A stretch of DNA of 64,000 nt from Candidatus Latescibacterota bacterium (GTDB lineage Bacteria; Latescibacterota; UBA2968; GCA-2709665): assembly GCA_965116875.1 (NCBI GenBank), contig OZ220733.1, positions 928,001 through 992,000 on the forward strand, in the 5' to 3' direction. Shown piece after piece: positions 40,289-48,760 of this stretch; position 1 is the first letter of the stretch, and each line of letters starts with the position of its first letter. The notes beneath the pieces were generated by a model that saw only the letters and a program-made list of their open reading frames with translations, had not been told where the DNA came from and searched no databases. The position numbers and the translations under genes were made by a program.

Positions 40289-41287
40289 CTACGCGTCTCC
40301 CCGGTCCCTATCTTCTTCGGGACCGTCCTCGGTATCGGCGATTCCCTCGCGCATCGAGGTATCGGCCTGGATATTCTGCATCCGGTAATAATCCATCACG
40401 CCCAGATTGCCGCTACGGAACGCCTCGGCCATCGCCCGCGGGACCTCGGCCTCCGCCTCCACGACGCGGGCGCGCATCTCCACGACCCGCGCGCTCATCT
40501 CCTGCTCGTGGGCCACGGCCATCGCCCGCCGTTCTTCCGCCTTTGCCCGGGCGATTTTCAGATCGGCCTCCGCCTGGTCCGTCTGGAGTTTCGCCCCAAT
40601 ATTGTCTCCCACGTCCACGTCGGCAATGTCGATCGACAGAATTTCATACGCCGTACCCGAATCCAGCCCTTTCCCGAGCACGGTCTTCGAAATCAGATCC
40701 GGATTCTCCAGTACCGCCTTGTGTGTTTCGGAGGAGCCGATTGTGGTCACGATTCCCTCGCCGACGCGTGCGACGATCGTTTCCTCTCCGGCCCCGCCCA
40801 CCAGCCGATCGATATTGGCGCGCACCGTCACGCGCGACGTGGCCTTGACCTGAATGCCGTCTTTCGCCACGGCTGTGACCATCGGGGTGGAGATTACCTT
40901 TGGGTTGACGCTGACCTGCACGGCCTCCAGCACGTTACGACCGGCAAGGTCGATGGCCGCGGCCCGTTCCGTGGTGAGATTGATCCCGGCTTTATCAGCC
41001 GCGATAAGGGCCGTTACCACGTTTTCCACGTGTCCTCCCGCCAGGAAATGCGCTTCCAGAAAGGAGGTCGGGATCGCCAGCCCGGCCTTCGTGGCGCTGA
41101 TCTGCGACCCGAGGATAATTCGCGGCGGAACGCGCCGCAGGCGCATCCCGACCAGTTCGCCGATTCCGATTCTGACGCGGGCCGCAAGGGCCGAGATCCA
41201 GAGCCCGACCGGGATGAAATAAAAGAAAAGGAACAGTGCAACGACTACAGCGACAACAATCACGAGAAGGAAAACTGCATCGACCAT
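40289..41287 (-). CDS. floA: Flotillin-like protein FloA (YqfA)
   Basis: [65 protein letters not shown]. Confidence 0.95.
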   Translation of the reverse strand: MVDAVFLLVIVVAVVVALFLFFYFIPVGLWISALAARVRIGIGELVGMRLRRVPPRIILGSQISATKAGLAIPTSFLEAHFLAGGHVENVVTALIAADKAGINLTTERAAAIDLAGRNVLEAVQVSVNPKVISTPMVTAVAKDGIQVKATSRVTVRANIDRLVGGAGEETIVARVGEGIVTTIGSSETHKAVLENPDLISKTVLGKGLDSGTAYEILSIDIADVDVGDNIGAKLQTDQAEADLKIARAKAEERRAMAVAHEQEMSARVVEMRARVVEAEAEVPRAMAEAFRSGNLGVMDYYRMQNIQADTSMREGIADTEDGPEEDRDRGDA

Positions 41288-41336
41288 GTTACGGCTCCTT
41301 GTATCTTCAAACGATCGGACTCAACCGGGGAGGATT

Positions 41337-41645
41337 CTAGTGGGTGTCCCCGGTTTTACGTACCACAACCCGGTTACCCTCAACCTCTACGACCTTGATC
41401 GGGCAATCCCTTTCGATAAACTCGCCATCGGCGGCCACGTTGACCCGGCGCCCGTCGATCAGACCCATCCCGGAGGGGCGCAGAGGCGTAGAGGCCACCC
41501 CCTCTTTTCCCAACAGCGCTTCGTGTTCTCCGGTTGCGATGTATCCTGCTTCGGCCTTTTCCTCGGCGTGGAGGACGAGCCATCTCCACAACCCAACCGC
41601 AATTGCGACGACAAGGACGACGAAAACCAGGATTGCTTCGACCAT
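41337..41645 (-). CDS. Short NfeD-like protein (one TM helix plus OB-fold)
   Basis: TPLRPSG...DGRRVNV...EFIE...VEGNRVVVR; 58/65 aa identical to the C-terminus of the upstream NfeD. Confidence 0.85.
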   Translation of the reverse strand: MVEAILVFVVLVVAIAVGLWRWLVLHAEEKAEAGYIATGEHEALLGKEGVASTPLRPSGMGLIDGRRVNVAADGEFIERDCPIKVVEVEGNRVVVRKTGDTH

Positions 41646-41708
41646 ACCGCGGCTCCGGTCCATCTTCGGCAAATCCGGCCGAACGTCCTCAACCCTTATT
41701 GACCTGGC

Positions 41709-43052
41709 TCAACTTGCCTCTTCTGCCAAGCGGACCACAATCCGGTTGCCTTCCACCTCCACCACCGTGATCGGGCTGTCCTTTTCGATAAACTCCCCGT
41801 CAGCAGCCACGTTGACCCGGCGTCCGTCGATCAGCCCCGTACCGGAGGGACGCAGCGGCGTAAAGGCCACGCCGTTCTTGCCCAGAAGCGCTTCATGCTC
41901 ACCGGTAGCTATGTACCCGGCTTCGCTGCGTTCTTCTTCCTGAAGCACCAGCCACTTCCACGCGGAGGTGCGGGGCAGCATTTTCAACATCACAACGGCG
42001 ATCAGGATTGTCGTCAAGAAAGACAGCAATAAGGGCCTGGCGGCGAGTCCCACGGACTCCCACGTCCACAGTTCGGGTCTTCCCATCAGACTCAGGAACA
42101 GGCCGGCAATCATGAGCACGACGCCGGGGATGGCCAATACGCCGAATCCGGCGATGAAAAACAGGTCCGCGATCACAAGAATCGCCCCGAACAGGAAGAG
42201 CAGCACTTCCGTCCAGTCGGCGAGTTCCACCAGCAGATGGCTGCCGAAAAACAGGCCGAGGCAGATCAACCCCAGCGTTCCGCCCACGCCCCAACCCGGG
42301 CTCTGGATCTCGAAGATCAACCCCAGAAAACCGAGCGACATCAGCAACGAGGCGACGACAGGGTAGGTGAGCCAACGCACGACCTGCTCCGACCAGTTCA
42401 CCGACTGAGGTCTTACCCGCGCGCCTCCCAATTCAAAGTACGCCAAAACGTCACGAAGTTTGTCGCCCTCGCCCGCTGCCGTAATCGTGTGTTCCGCGAT
42501 TTTATTCGCAACCGCTTCGGTTGTGGTGAGCGTGAGCAGCTTTCCCTTTGGCGCGAGATCCTCGATATCCACGTCTTCGTCGACCATCGCCTCCGCAAGT
42601 TCGGGGGGGCGGCCCGTCTTCTCGGCGGTCGCCTTCATCTCGTTTCGGAAATAGGAAATTACTTTTTCGCTGGCCTTTTTGCCCTGCATGTCAACGGCCG
42701 TGGCAGCGCCGATGGTACCTCCTTCGACCATGACGATATGCCGGGTTGCCAACGAAATCAGTGCTCCCGCCGAAATCGCCCTCGGGTTGATGAAGGCGAT
42801 GGTCTTCACCTCGCTGTAGAGTATCGCGTCGCGGATGACCAGGGCCGCGTCCAGCGCGCCGCCGGGGGTGTCGATTTCGAAAACCACCGCGGACACGTCC
42901 TCCGCTTCGGCTTCTGCCATAACCCTGGAAACAAAGGCGGCGAGCCCTCGCTCGATGGTTCCTTCGATCGGCACGACGTAGACCGAACCATCCGCCAGGC
43001 ACGTGGCCGGCAGAAACAGGAGGAATGCAAGAACCGCAAGCGTAACGCGCAT
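41709..43052 (-). CDS. nfeD: NfeD membrane-bound ClpP-class serine protease (YqeZ-like)
   Basis: IDTPGG, AISAGA (Ser), AEAMVD, LLTLT, TM region, C-terminal OB-fold. Confidence 0.92.
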   Translation of the reverse strand: MRVTLAVLAFLLFLPATCLADGSVYVVPIEGTIERGLAAFVSRVMAEAEAEDVSAVVFEIDTPGGALDAALVIRDAILYSEVKTIAFINPRAISAGALISLATRHIVMVEGGTIGAATAVDMQGKKASEKVISYFRNEMKATAEKTGRPPELAEAMVDEDVDIEDLAPKGKLLTLTTTEAVANKIAEHTITAAGEGDKLRDVLAYFELGGARVRPQSVNWSEQVVRWLTYPVVASLLMSLGFLGLIFEIQSPGWGVGGTLGLICLGLFFGSHLLVELADWTEVLLFLFGAILVIADLFFIAGFGVLAIPGVVLMIAGLFLSLMGRPELWTWESVGLAARPLLLSFLTTILIAVVMLKMLPRTSAWKWLVLQEEERSEAGYIATGEHEALLGKNGVAFTPLRPSGTGLIDGRRVNVAADGEFIEKDSPITVVEVEGNRIVVRLAEEAS

Positions 43053-43105
43053 CTGATTGGAACTCCCTCGGCGGTCGGGATTCAGGCGGCATGATCCTCA
43101 ATATC

Positions 43106-43134
43106 AGTGTACCGCATTACAGGATAATTGTCAA
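43106..43134 (-). promoter_or_regulatory. Sigma70 promoter of the nfeD-floA operon
   Basis: Minus strand TTGACA-17-TACACT. Confidence 0.65.
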
Positions 43135-43173
43135 TGGCTTCGAAACGGTCGGTGGACATTGGCGTATTCCGTC

Positions 43174-43202
43174 TTGACATCAACTCCGTATCCTTGTATT
43201 TT
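43174..43202 (+). promoter_or_regulatory. tRNA-Met promoter
   Basis: TTGACA-17-TATTTT. Confidence 0.6.
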
Positions 43203-43222
43203 TTCTGTCCGGCAAAAAAGGT

Positions 43223-43298
43223 GGCGGCGTAGCTCAGTTGGCAGAGCAGTGGAATCATAATCCATGGGTCGGGGGTTCAAGTCCCTCCGCCGCTACCA
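43223..43298 (+). tRNA. tRNA-Met (CAT), probably elongator
   Basis: GGCGGCG acceptor, GTGGA-ATCATAA-TCCAT anticodon arm, GGTTCAAGTCC, CCA; 76 nt; lacks initiator features. Confidence 0.94.
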
Positions 43299-43334
43299 GG
43301 AAACCTGATGTCGGTCTTGCCGACTTCGTTATGA

Positions 43335-43373
43335 GACATAAGCCCCCGTGGCAAATTGCCGGGGGCTTATGTC
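43335..43373. terminator. Hairpin between convergent tRNA-Met and the TA pair
   Basis: GACATAAGCCCCCG...CGGGGGCTTATGTC perfect 14-bp stem. Confidence 0.6.
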
Positions 43374-43425
43374 ATTGCGGAATTACGTCAGGCTCATCCG
43401 CAATACCGTCGCTTTACGAAAGCGT

Positions 43426-43749
43426 CTATTGCTGTTTCAATGTTCGACGAATAACTTCCAGGTCTCGATGGAGATCATCCAGGTCGTATTGGAAAGGCAC
43501 TTTTGAAATGCGAGCGTAGTCCATCATTTCCCACAGGGTCACGCCCGCTTCGCTGGCGGCCCGTGCAAGCGAGAGCTTTCTTTCGCCGTACAGACGCGCG
43601 TAATGCTCCAGCTTCCATTGATGAATTGCTTTAGACAACAATCGACGGACCGTGGTTGAACGATCGGATTGTTCGACGTCTTCGATCAGCTCCAATGCGC
43701 GGACCAGTTCCGATGGAAGCCTCGTGCCAACCATCTGTTCCATCTTCAT
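43426..43749 (-). CDS. UPF0175-like antitoxin with RHH-like N-terminus
   Basis: RSTTVRRLL...LY..RKLSLARAASEAGVTLWEM; ATG overlaps the upstream TGA. Confidence 0.75.
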   Translation of the reverse strand: MKMEQMVGTRLPSELVRALELIEDVEQSDRSTTVRRLLSKAIHQWKLEHYARLYGERKLSLARAASEAGVTLWEMMDYARISKVPFQYDLDDLHRDLEVIRRTLKQQ

Positions 43750-44261
43750 CTTTCCGCCTCCCTTGCGACTCTCAAGACTTCCGCAACGACGCCTGGCGAC
43801 AGCCACAGAATTCGGCCCAGGTCACGAATCGCAGTTTCCAATTCCGCCAGATTGAGACGTCGCCGCAAGCAAGCTTCCAGGAATACGCCCGCCGTTCCAA
43901 CGTGTTCGATCGACATGGCTGCGGACACGCTTCGAGCCTCCTTGTCGTCCACGATCAACCGCAGTCCCCTTCCGTCCGCAAGGGCAATAGACTCCGTTTC
44001 GCCTGGGCCAAGTCCTGACGGACCGTACAGCCGCCGAGCCAATTCGTGCTCACCATCCGTAAGCACGACCTCCTTCAACCAGCGGTCTTCTACAGCGGCT
44101 TCAAGTTGAGCCACACCCGGGTCGCGAATCGCCCGGCCTGCGTCGATCGTCTCCGTCCTTACCGCGGGGGGGATCAGCACGCTGCCGTACAGATCGCGCA
44201 GCACGCTCAGGCGCCGGAGCTTGACAAGGGCGATCAATGGAGAAGCATCGGCTACGATCAT
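43746..44261 (-). CDS. DUF3368 PIN-domain protein
   Basis: IVADASPLIAL, IPPAV..E, LGPGETESIALA, VDDKEAR, GTAGV. Confidence 0.88.
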   Translation of the reverse strand: MIVADASPLIALVKLRRLSVLRDLYGSVLIPPAVRTETIDAGRAIRDPGVAQLEAAVEDRWLKEVVLTDGEHELARRLYGPSGLGPGETESIALADGRGLRLIVDDKEARSVSAAMSIEHVGTAGVFLEACLRRRLNLAELETAIRDLGRILWLSPGVVAEVLRVAREAER

Positions 44262-44291
44262 TTGGTTTTCCCACGGGCATCATCCATCTTC

Positions 44292-44328
44292 ACATTTGTA
44301 AGTTAACAAAATTAACAAATGTTTGCAA
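44292..44328 (-). promoter_or_regulatory. Promoter/operator of the PIN-UPF0175 pair
   Basis: ACATTTGT-15-ACAAATGT inverted repeat overlapping minus-strand TTGCAA-17-TAACTT. Confidence 0.5.
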
Positions 44329-44410
44329 CTTCGCGTTATGGGTCCGCGAAGTTCCACATCCATCGCAGGCAGGCCAGCAGGGCATCCAGGAATCCGGCTG
44401 GTAGAGAATA

Positions 44411-45466
44411 TCAGCCACTGTCGACTTCATGCCGGATGAACGGATTGGAACAGGGATACCCCTCCGTCGCCCACATGGTCCGTTCGGCCGGGCACAGGAT
44501 GATCCCGCTGTCCGTGTGCAGGCCTCCCTGACCATGCTGGCAAATGCCCACCGGATCATCGTGCGTCCGGTACATCTCCTCCAAACCGTCGAAACTTCGC
44601 GCCACGTCCCTCTCCATCCGGGACACCAGATCGATTCGCGCATGGCTGTTTTCAAGATACGGCAATGCCGGATCGTCCTTCCCGACAAGCTCCTTTCCAA
44701 GACAATGGTTGGTCTCCCACACCGCCTCACCGGCGCCTGACGGGCGCCTCATGGTCTGTCCCGCCACGTGTTTCTCCAGAATCGCCACGTCTCCGGTCGC
44801 GTCGCCCATCAGGACGCTCATCCCGTGCATCGGGATTTCGAATTCGGCGCACAGGGCCGCGGCATCTTCGACGGTGCGGCACCGTTCCGCCAGCAATGGC
44901 AGGAGAAACAGCACGGGAACGCCGCCCTCACGGCGTACACATCCGGTGAGTCCCGTCATGCCGAACCCGAACCCGGCCTCGTTGACAGCCGCCGACGTCC
45001 AGATCGTTCCAACGAAGTGCATCTGGACGGATCGCAGATTTCCGGATGGCGCCGCATGATGTATCGCGTTGGCGCCCAGTTCCCTCTTCCCGAGATCGTC
45101 GGACTTGCCAAGCCACGCCCGCCCCTCTTCATCCGTGAACCCGAATACGCTGCACGCTGGCGTTGAGGATTCGTCCAGATCGAAGACGAGATTGAGCTCG
45201 AACACGTCGTCGAACGACAGACCGGCGCCGATCGCGATCCCCTCGATCTCCCGGATCATGTCAGGAAACAACCCGCCGATCCGATCCGTCCACAGGTCCA
45301 CCTTTCGCTTCCGCGCGTCCGGCGCCAGGCCGGGCCGCCAGCCGCCCTCCCCGTCGGCAAAGTCCTCTCTGTACCGATCGATCAATCCGGCGATCCGGTC
45401 CGGTGCGGCGCGTCCATGGGCGATGCCTCGCGCCATCGCGTCGCCTTCCGTCTGAAAATAGTACAT
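44411..45466 (-). CDS. C45 family Ntn-hydrolase (acyl-CoA:6-APA acyltransferase-like)
   Basis: RGIAHG, EIEGIAIGA, ACS nucleophile Cys, VNEAG, TNH, NSHAR, ICQH. Confidence 0.85.
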   Translation of the reverse strand: MYYFQTEGDAMARGIAHGRAAPDRIAGLIDRYREDFADGEGGWRPGLAPDARKRKVDLWTDRIGGLFPDMIREIEGIAIGAGLSFDDVFELNLVFDLDESSTPACSVFGFTDEEGRAWLGKSDDLGKRELGANAIHHAAPSGNLRSVQMHFVGTIWTSAAVNEAGFGFGMTGLTGCVRREGGVPVLFLLPLLAERCRTVEDAAALCAEFEIPMHGMSVLMGDATGDVAILEKHVAGQTMRRPSGAGEAVWETNHCLGKELVGKDDPALPYLENSHARIDLVSRMERDVARSFDGLEEMYRTHDDPVGICQHGQGGLHTDSGIILCPAERTMWATEGYPCSNPFIRHEVDSG

Positions 45467-45496
45467 CAGCTCTCCGTCGTCACTTCGGACGTCACC

Positions 45497-46390
45497 TCAT
45501 GCGCCCCGGGACTCCGACTGTTTCCCCATCGCCCGTGCCATTGAGCGTACATGTTCCGGCCCGGCGCCGCAGCAGGACCCCAGGTACCGGATGTCCGCCG
45601 CCATGGCATCCCTCGCGAAACGGGCGAACTGAGCCTCCGTTGCCGCCGGCAGATTCCACCACGAGTGCCACGCCGACGGCTGGCAGCAAATCGGCACGTC
45701 CGCCGCCTGCCGCATCCGGGTTGCGAATTCGAGCATCGCCGAGGGCGGGCAGATACAGTTCAATCCCACCACGTCGGCGCCGGCATCCGCCAGTCTTCTG
45801 GCGCATTCCGCCGGCGAAAACCCGTCGAACGTCTCCGCGTTTCCCCTTCCCTCCATGCTCACGGTAACCACGGTCGGGAGCCCGGTGCCTCTCGCAACGT
45901 CCAGCGCAAGGAGTGCCTCGTCCAGCCACGAGAACGTCTCCAGGATCAGGAAATCAACGCCCCCGTCGCAGATCCACGGCAGTTGTTCATCCAGCCAATC
46001 GCGTGTCCGGTCCCGCTTTTCGGTGTCGGAGGGATCGTAATCCATCAGTGAAATCGTCGGACTGTTCAGGTTGCCGGCAACCAGCGCATCATCGCCCGCC
46101 ACTTCCCTCGCGATCCGGCAGGCCGTCGCATTGATCTCCTCCGCGCGGTCCGCGAATCCCGCCGGTTTCAGCATGTTTGAGGTCCCGAAGAACGTGAGTG
46201 TCTGCAACACCTCGGCTCCGGCGTCCCTGAACTCCTGCGTCAGCCTGCGCACCTCCTCGGGATGGGTCGCCACCACCTGCGGCGTCATGGCGCCCGTTCT
46301 CACGAAACCCCGCATCCGCAGCCCCATCAGATATCCCCCGTCACCCAGTACGAAGCCCTTTTCCAGCCGCTGTAACAGTCCGTCAGACAT
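45497..46390 (-). CDS. Homocysteine S-methyltransferase (BHMT/HMT) family protein
   Basis: LGDGG, F.DAGA, ILETF, VVGLNC, GSCCG zinc ligands. Confidence 0.88.
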   Translation of the reverse strand: MSDGLLQRLEKGFVLGDGGYLMGLRMRGFVRTGAMTPQVVATHPEEVRRLTQEFRDAGAEVLQTLTFFGTSNMLKPAGFADRAEEINATACRIAREVAGDDALVAGNLNSPTISLMDYDPSDTEKRDRTRDWLDEQLPWICDGGVDFLILETFSWLDEALLALDVARGTGLPTVVTVSMEGRGNAETFDGFSPAECARRLADAGADVVGLNCICPPSAMLEFATRMRQAADVPICCQPSAWHSWWNLPAATEAQFARFARDAMAADIRYLGSCCGAGPEHVRSMARAMGKQSESRGA

Positions 46391-46393
46391 CTG

Positions 46394-47677
46394 TTAAAAA
46401 TCCTTTCGGGAATCTGTTTCTCGCCACGCCTCCTCCAACAACGCAACTGCGGCTCCGCGGATCCGGGCCTCGGATTCCATCTCAAGAGGCGCGAACAACA
46501 CCTCGCCGTCCCCCTCGATGCGCGCCCGCTCCGTCGGCAGATAGCCGACCTCGGGACACGGGTTGCACAGCACGAAGACCCTGTCGAACGCGGCGGCCTC
46601 ACGAATGGCGAACGACGTCTCCACGAACGGCTCGCCCGGCATGTGGATCAAAGCGCTGTCGCCGAGTACGACCGCGTGAAAATCGAACGCGCAGGTCGGC
46701 TGGTCCCGGTACGTCCGCGCCAACCAGTATTCGTATCGCGCGAGTCCCTCCGCAGCGGGAGGATTCGCCTCCCACTCCTTCCGGGCCGCCTCCACTTCCG
46801 CAACGGGTTGGCGTGCGATCTGAATCGTTCGCCTGAAGCGCCCGAGTTCCACGTTTGCTTGCGGCGCGAGCCCGTCGTAGATCTCCAGCGCCGTTTCCGC
46901 CAGCGACCGTCCGATGCGGCCGCAGGGGTCGTCCGTTTCGCGAACGGGATGCACGTTGCCCAGGGCGCCCGGAATAAAGAGTCCGTCGATTCCTTTCTCG
47001 GCAAGCTCCCGGGCCACAACGCCCGGGTAATCCGCCGAGACGTTTCCCCGGAAATCCCACAGAGCCAGCGCATGACATCCGAAATTCGTCAGCGCGATCG
47101 GCCGCTTGCCGTCCCGGTCGAAGCGTACGACGCCCACCTGGAGATCCACCGCGTCATAGACAAGATCGTCCGGCGGGTTGGGGAACTCCGTCAGCGAGAC
47201 CATCCGCAGATTGCCGTGCTCATCGTGCGCCCGGCGGTTGTATTGCAGCCCGTTTTCCGCCAATCCCGTGCCCACCGCCACACGCGCCGGCGAAACGTCG
47301 GCCCTGGCCATTCGCACGGCCTCCGCGGCCGCCCGTGCGTAGCGCGCCTCGTTCCCGAATTCCTTTAACGCCTCCGTGGGCTGATTCACGTAGAACTGGA
47401 ACAGCGTGGGACCGGTGCCCATATGGCTGGCGCCCGGGAGGATCCAGGCGGGGTCCACGTCCGTATCCTCCAACTCCCCTGCCATTATGTCGAAACAGGT
47501 ATCGTCGAACAGGAACAGATCCGCCGCCAGAAACGTCACCTGCCGGTCGCCCTGCCGCACGTGCAGCGCACGAAAGTAAATGGGATCGTAGATTTCGAAC
47601 GACTCGTGCGCCGCCGGCGTAATGTCGACCTTTCCGAAACCCGCCACCATTTCCTGGTTTGCGTTCGATTCGGTCAT
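46394..47677 (-). CDS. Neutral/alkaline ceramidase-like hydrolase (hypothetical)
   Basis: AGFGKVDITP, ASHMGTGP, NRR, NFGCH, SADYPG, GALGN, PGEPF, GYLP; start uncertain (47677 or 47716). Confidence 0.75.
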   Translation of the reverse strand: MTESNANQEMVAGFGKVDITPAAHESFEIYDPIYFRALHVRQGDRQVTFLAADLFLFDDTCFDIMAGELEDTDVDPAWILPGASHMGTGPTLFQFYVNQPTEALKEFGNEARYARAAAEAVRMARADVSPARVAVGTGLAENGLQYNRRAHDEHGNLRMVSLTEFPNPPDDLVYDAVDLQVGVVRFDRDGKRPIALTNFGCHALALWDFRGNVSADYPGVVARELAEKGIDGLFIPGALGNVHPVRETDDPCGRIGRSLAETALEIYDGLAPQANVELGRFRRTIQIARQPVAEVEAARKEWEANPPAAEGLARYEYWLARTYRDQPTCAFDFHAVVLGDSALIHMPGEPFVETSFAIREAAAFDRVFVLCNPCPEVGYLPTERARIEGDGEVLFAPLEMESEARIRGAAVALLEEAWRETDSRKDF

Positions 47678-47772
47678 TCGAGCATTCCTCTCATCTGAAA
47701 CCGTTCGTTTCCGCATATCAAGTCCATGGCCAACCCTGCAATACGCAGCGGGAAGACCCCCGCCGTTCTCCC

Positions 47773-47801
47773 ATCATAATACCGGCGTCATTCACTGTCA
47801 A
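47773..47801 (-). promoter_or_regulatory. Sigma70 promoter of the hydrolase-HMT-C45 operon
   Basis: Minus strand TTGACA-17-TATGAT. Confidence 0.7.
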
Positions 47802-47884
47802 GCCGGGATCCGCGGCCAGGTTTATCCGGAATCTGGAATCGAAATCCGATCTTACGTGTATGGAACGCGAATCACGAACGCGGC

Positions 47885-47913
47885 TTGACAACGCTTTGCC
47901 AACTGGTTATTAT
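47885..47913 (+). promoter_or_regulatory. Sigma70 promoter, divergent
   Basis: TTGACA-17-TATTAT. Confidence 0.65.
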
Positions 47914-48020
47914 GCACGTGAGAAAACAGGCGCCTGTCCCACTCGAGGTCGTCAGGCTCCTGCATCGGTGAACGGCCCTGGTGAATTGAACATGCACGGA
48001 TTTATACTGGATTCCTTATC

Positions 48021-48293
48021 GTGACCGAATCGCCCGAATCTCAAGCCGCGTCGGCGCCGGACAATACCCACTGGGGCGTTGCCTATCTGCGTGAAGACCT
48101 CCAGGATCTGCGTCAGCAGTTGCGCGAGGACGTCAAAGACCTGCGCCAGCAGATCGCCGAGACCAATAAGCGAATTGACGAAACAAATGAGCGTATCGAC
48201 GAAACCAATAAACTCATTGAATCCCGTTTCGCCTGGCTGATAACGACCATGGTGGCACTGACGGGCATTCTCATCGCCGTGATCAAGCTCTGA
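48021..48293 (+). CDS. Small coiled-coil protein with C-terminal membrane anchor (DUF1640/CCDC90-like)
   Basis: LREDLQDLRQQLREDVKDLRQQ and ETNKRID-type heptad repeats, then WLITTMVALTGILIAVIKL. Confidence 0.75.
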   Translation: MTESPESQAASAPDNTHWGVAYLREDLQDLRQQLREDVKDLRQQIAETNKRIDETNERIDETNKLIESRFAWLITTMVALTGILIAVIKL

Positions 48294-48760
48294 GGACGAT
48301 CCGGATTGGCCTCAATTCCACAAAAGCCGCAACGCCGCAACGCGACGAAACCTTTCGAATTGGGCCGAAATGGTCGTCATGAAGGACATTTTTTCCGTTC
48401 ACGTACAATGTCCTGGTGTATCCAGGTAATCCGCAGTTGAATCGCCTTTGTCAACTTGCACATATACGAACGAACGTCACCGAAAAGCGACGAATCCTGG
48501 TTGATTCGTCGATGACGTATGGGCCAGGCCGAATCCGGATCGAACGGATCAGGTCCGGTGTATCCGCCGATCTCGATATCAAGACGGGACAAGACTCTTT
48601 ATGGGTGCATTGTCCCGTCTTCTATTTTCAGCTTGACATTGGGGTTCGCGACTTTTATTTGAGAAACGGAACGAGGTTCGGCAACGTTTCGGCCGGATCC
48701 GCGCAGATCGTCGATCGCCGCCGTCGCAGGCGGGCAAGACGCGGGATGAGGTAAAATCCG

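Noticed and set aside
43223-43298. tRNA(CAT) as initiator or Ile2, and the purine at position 32 as an anomaly
   Set aside because: No C1:A72 mismatch or triple G-C anticodon stem, so not initiator; this arm type occurs in bacterial elongator Met tRNAs; Ile2 is not fully excluded without a covariance model
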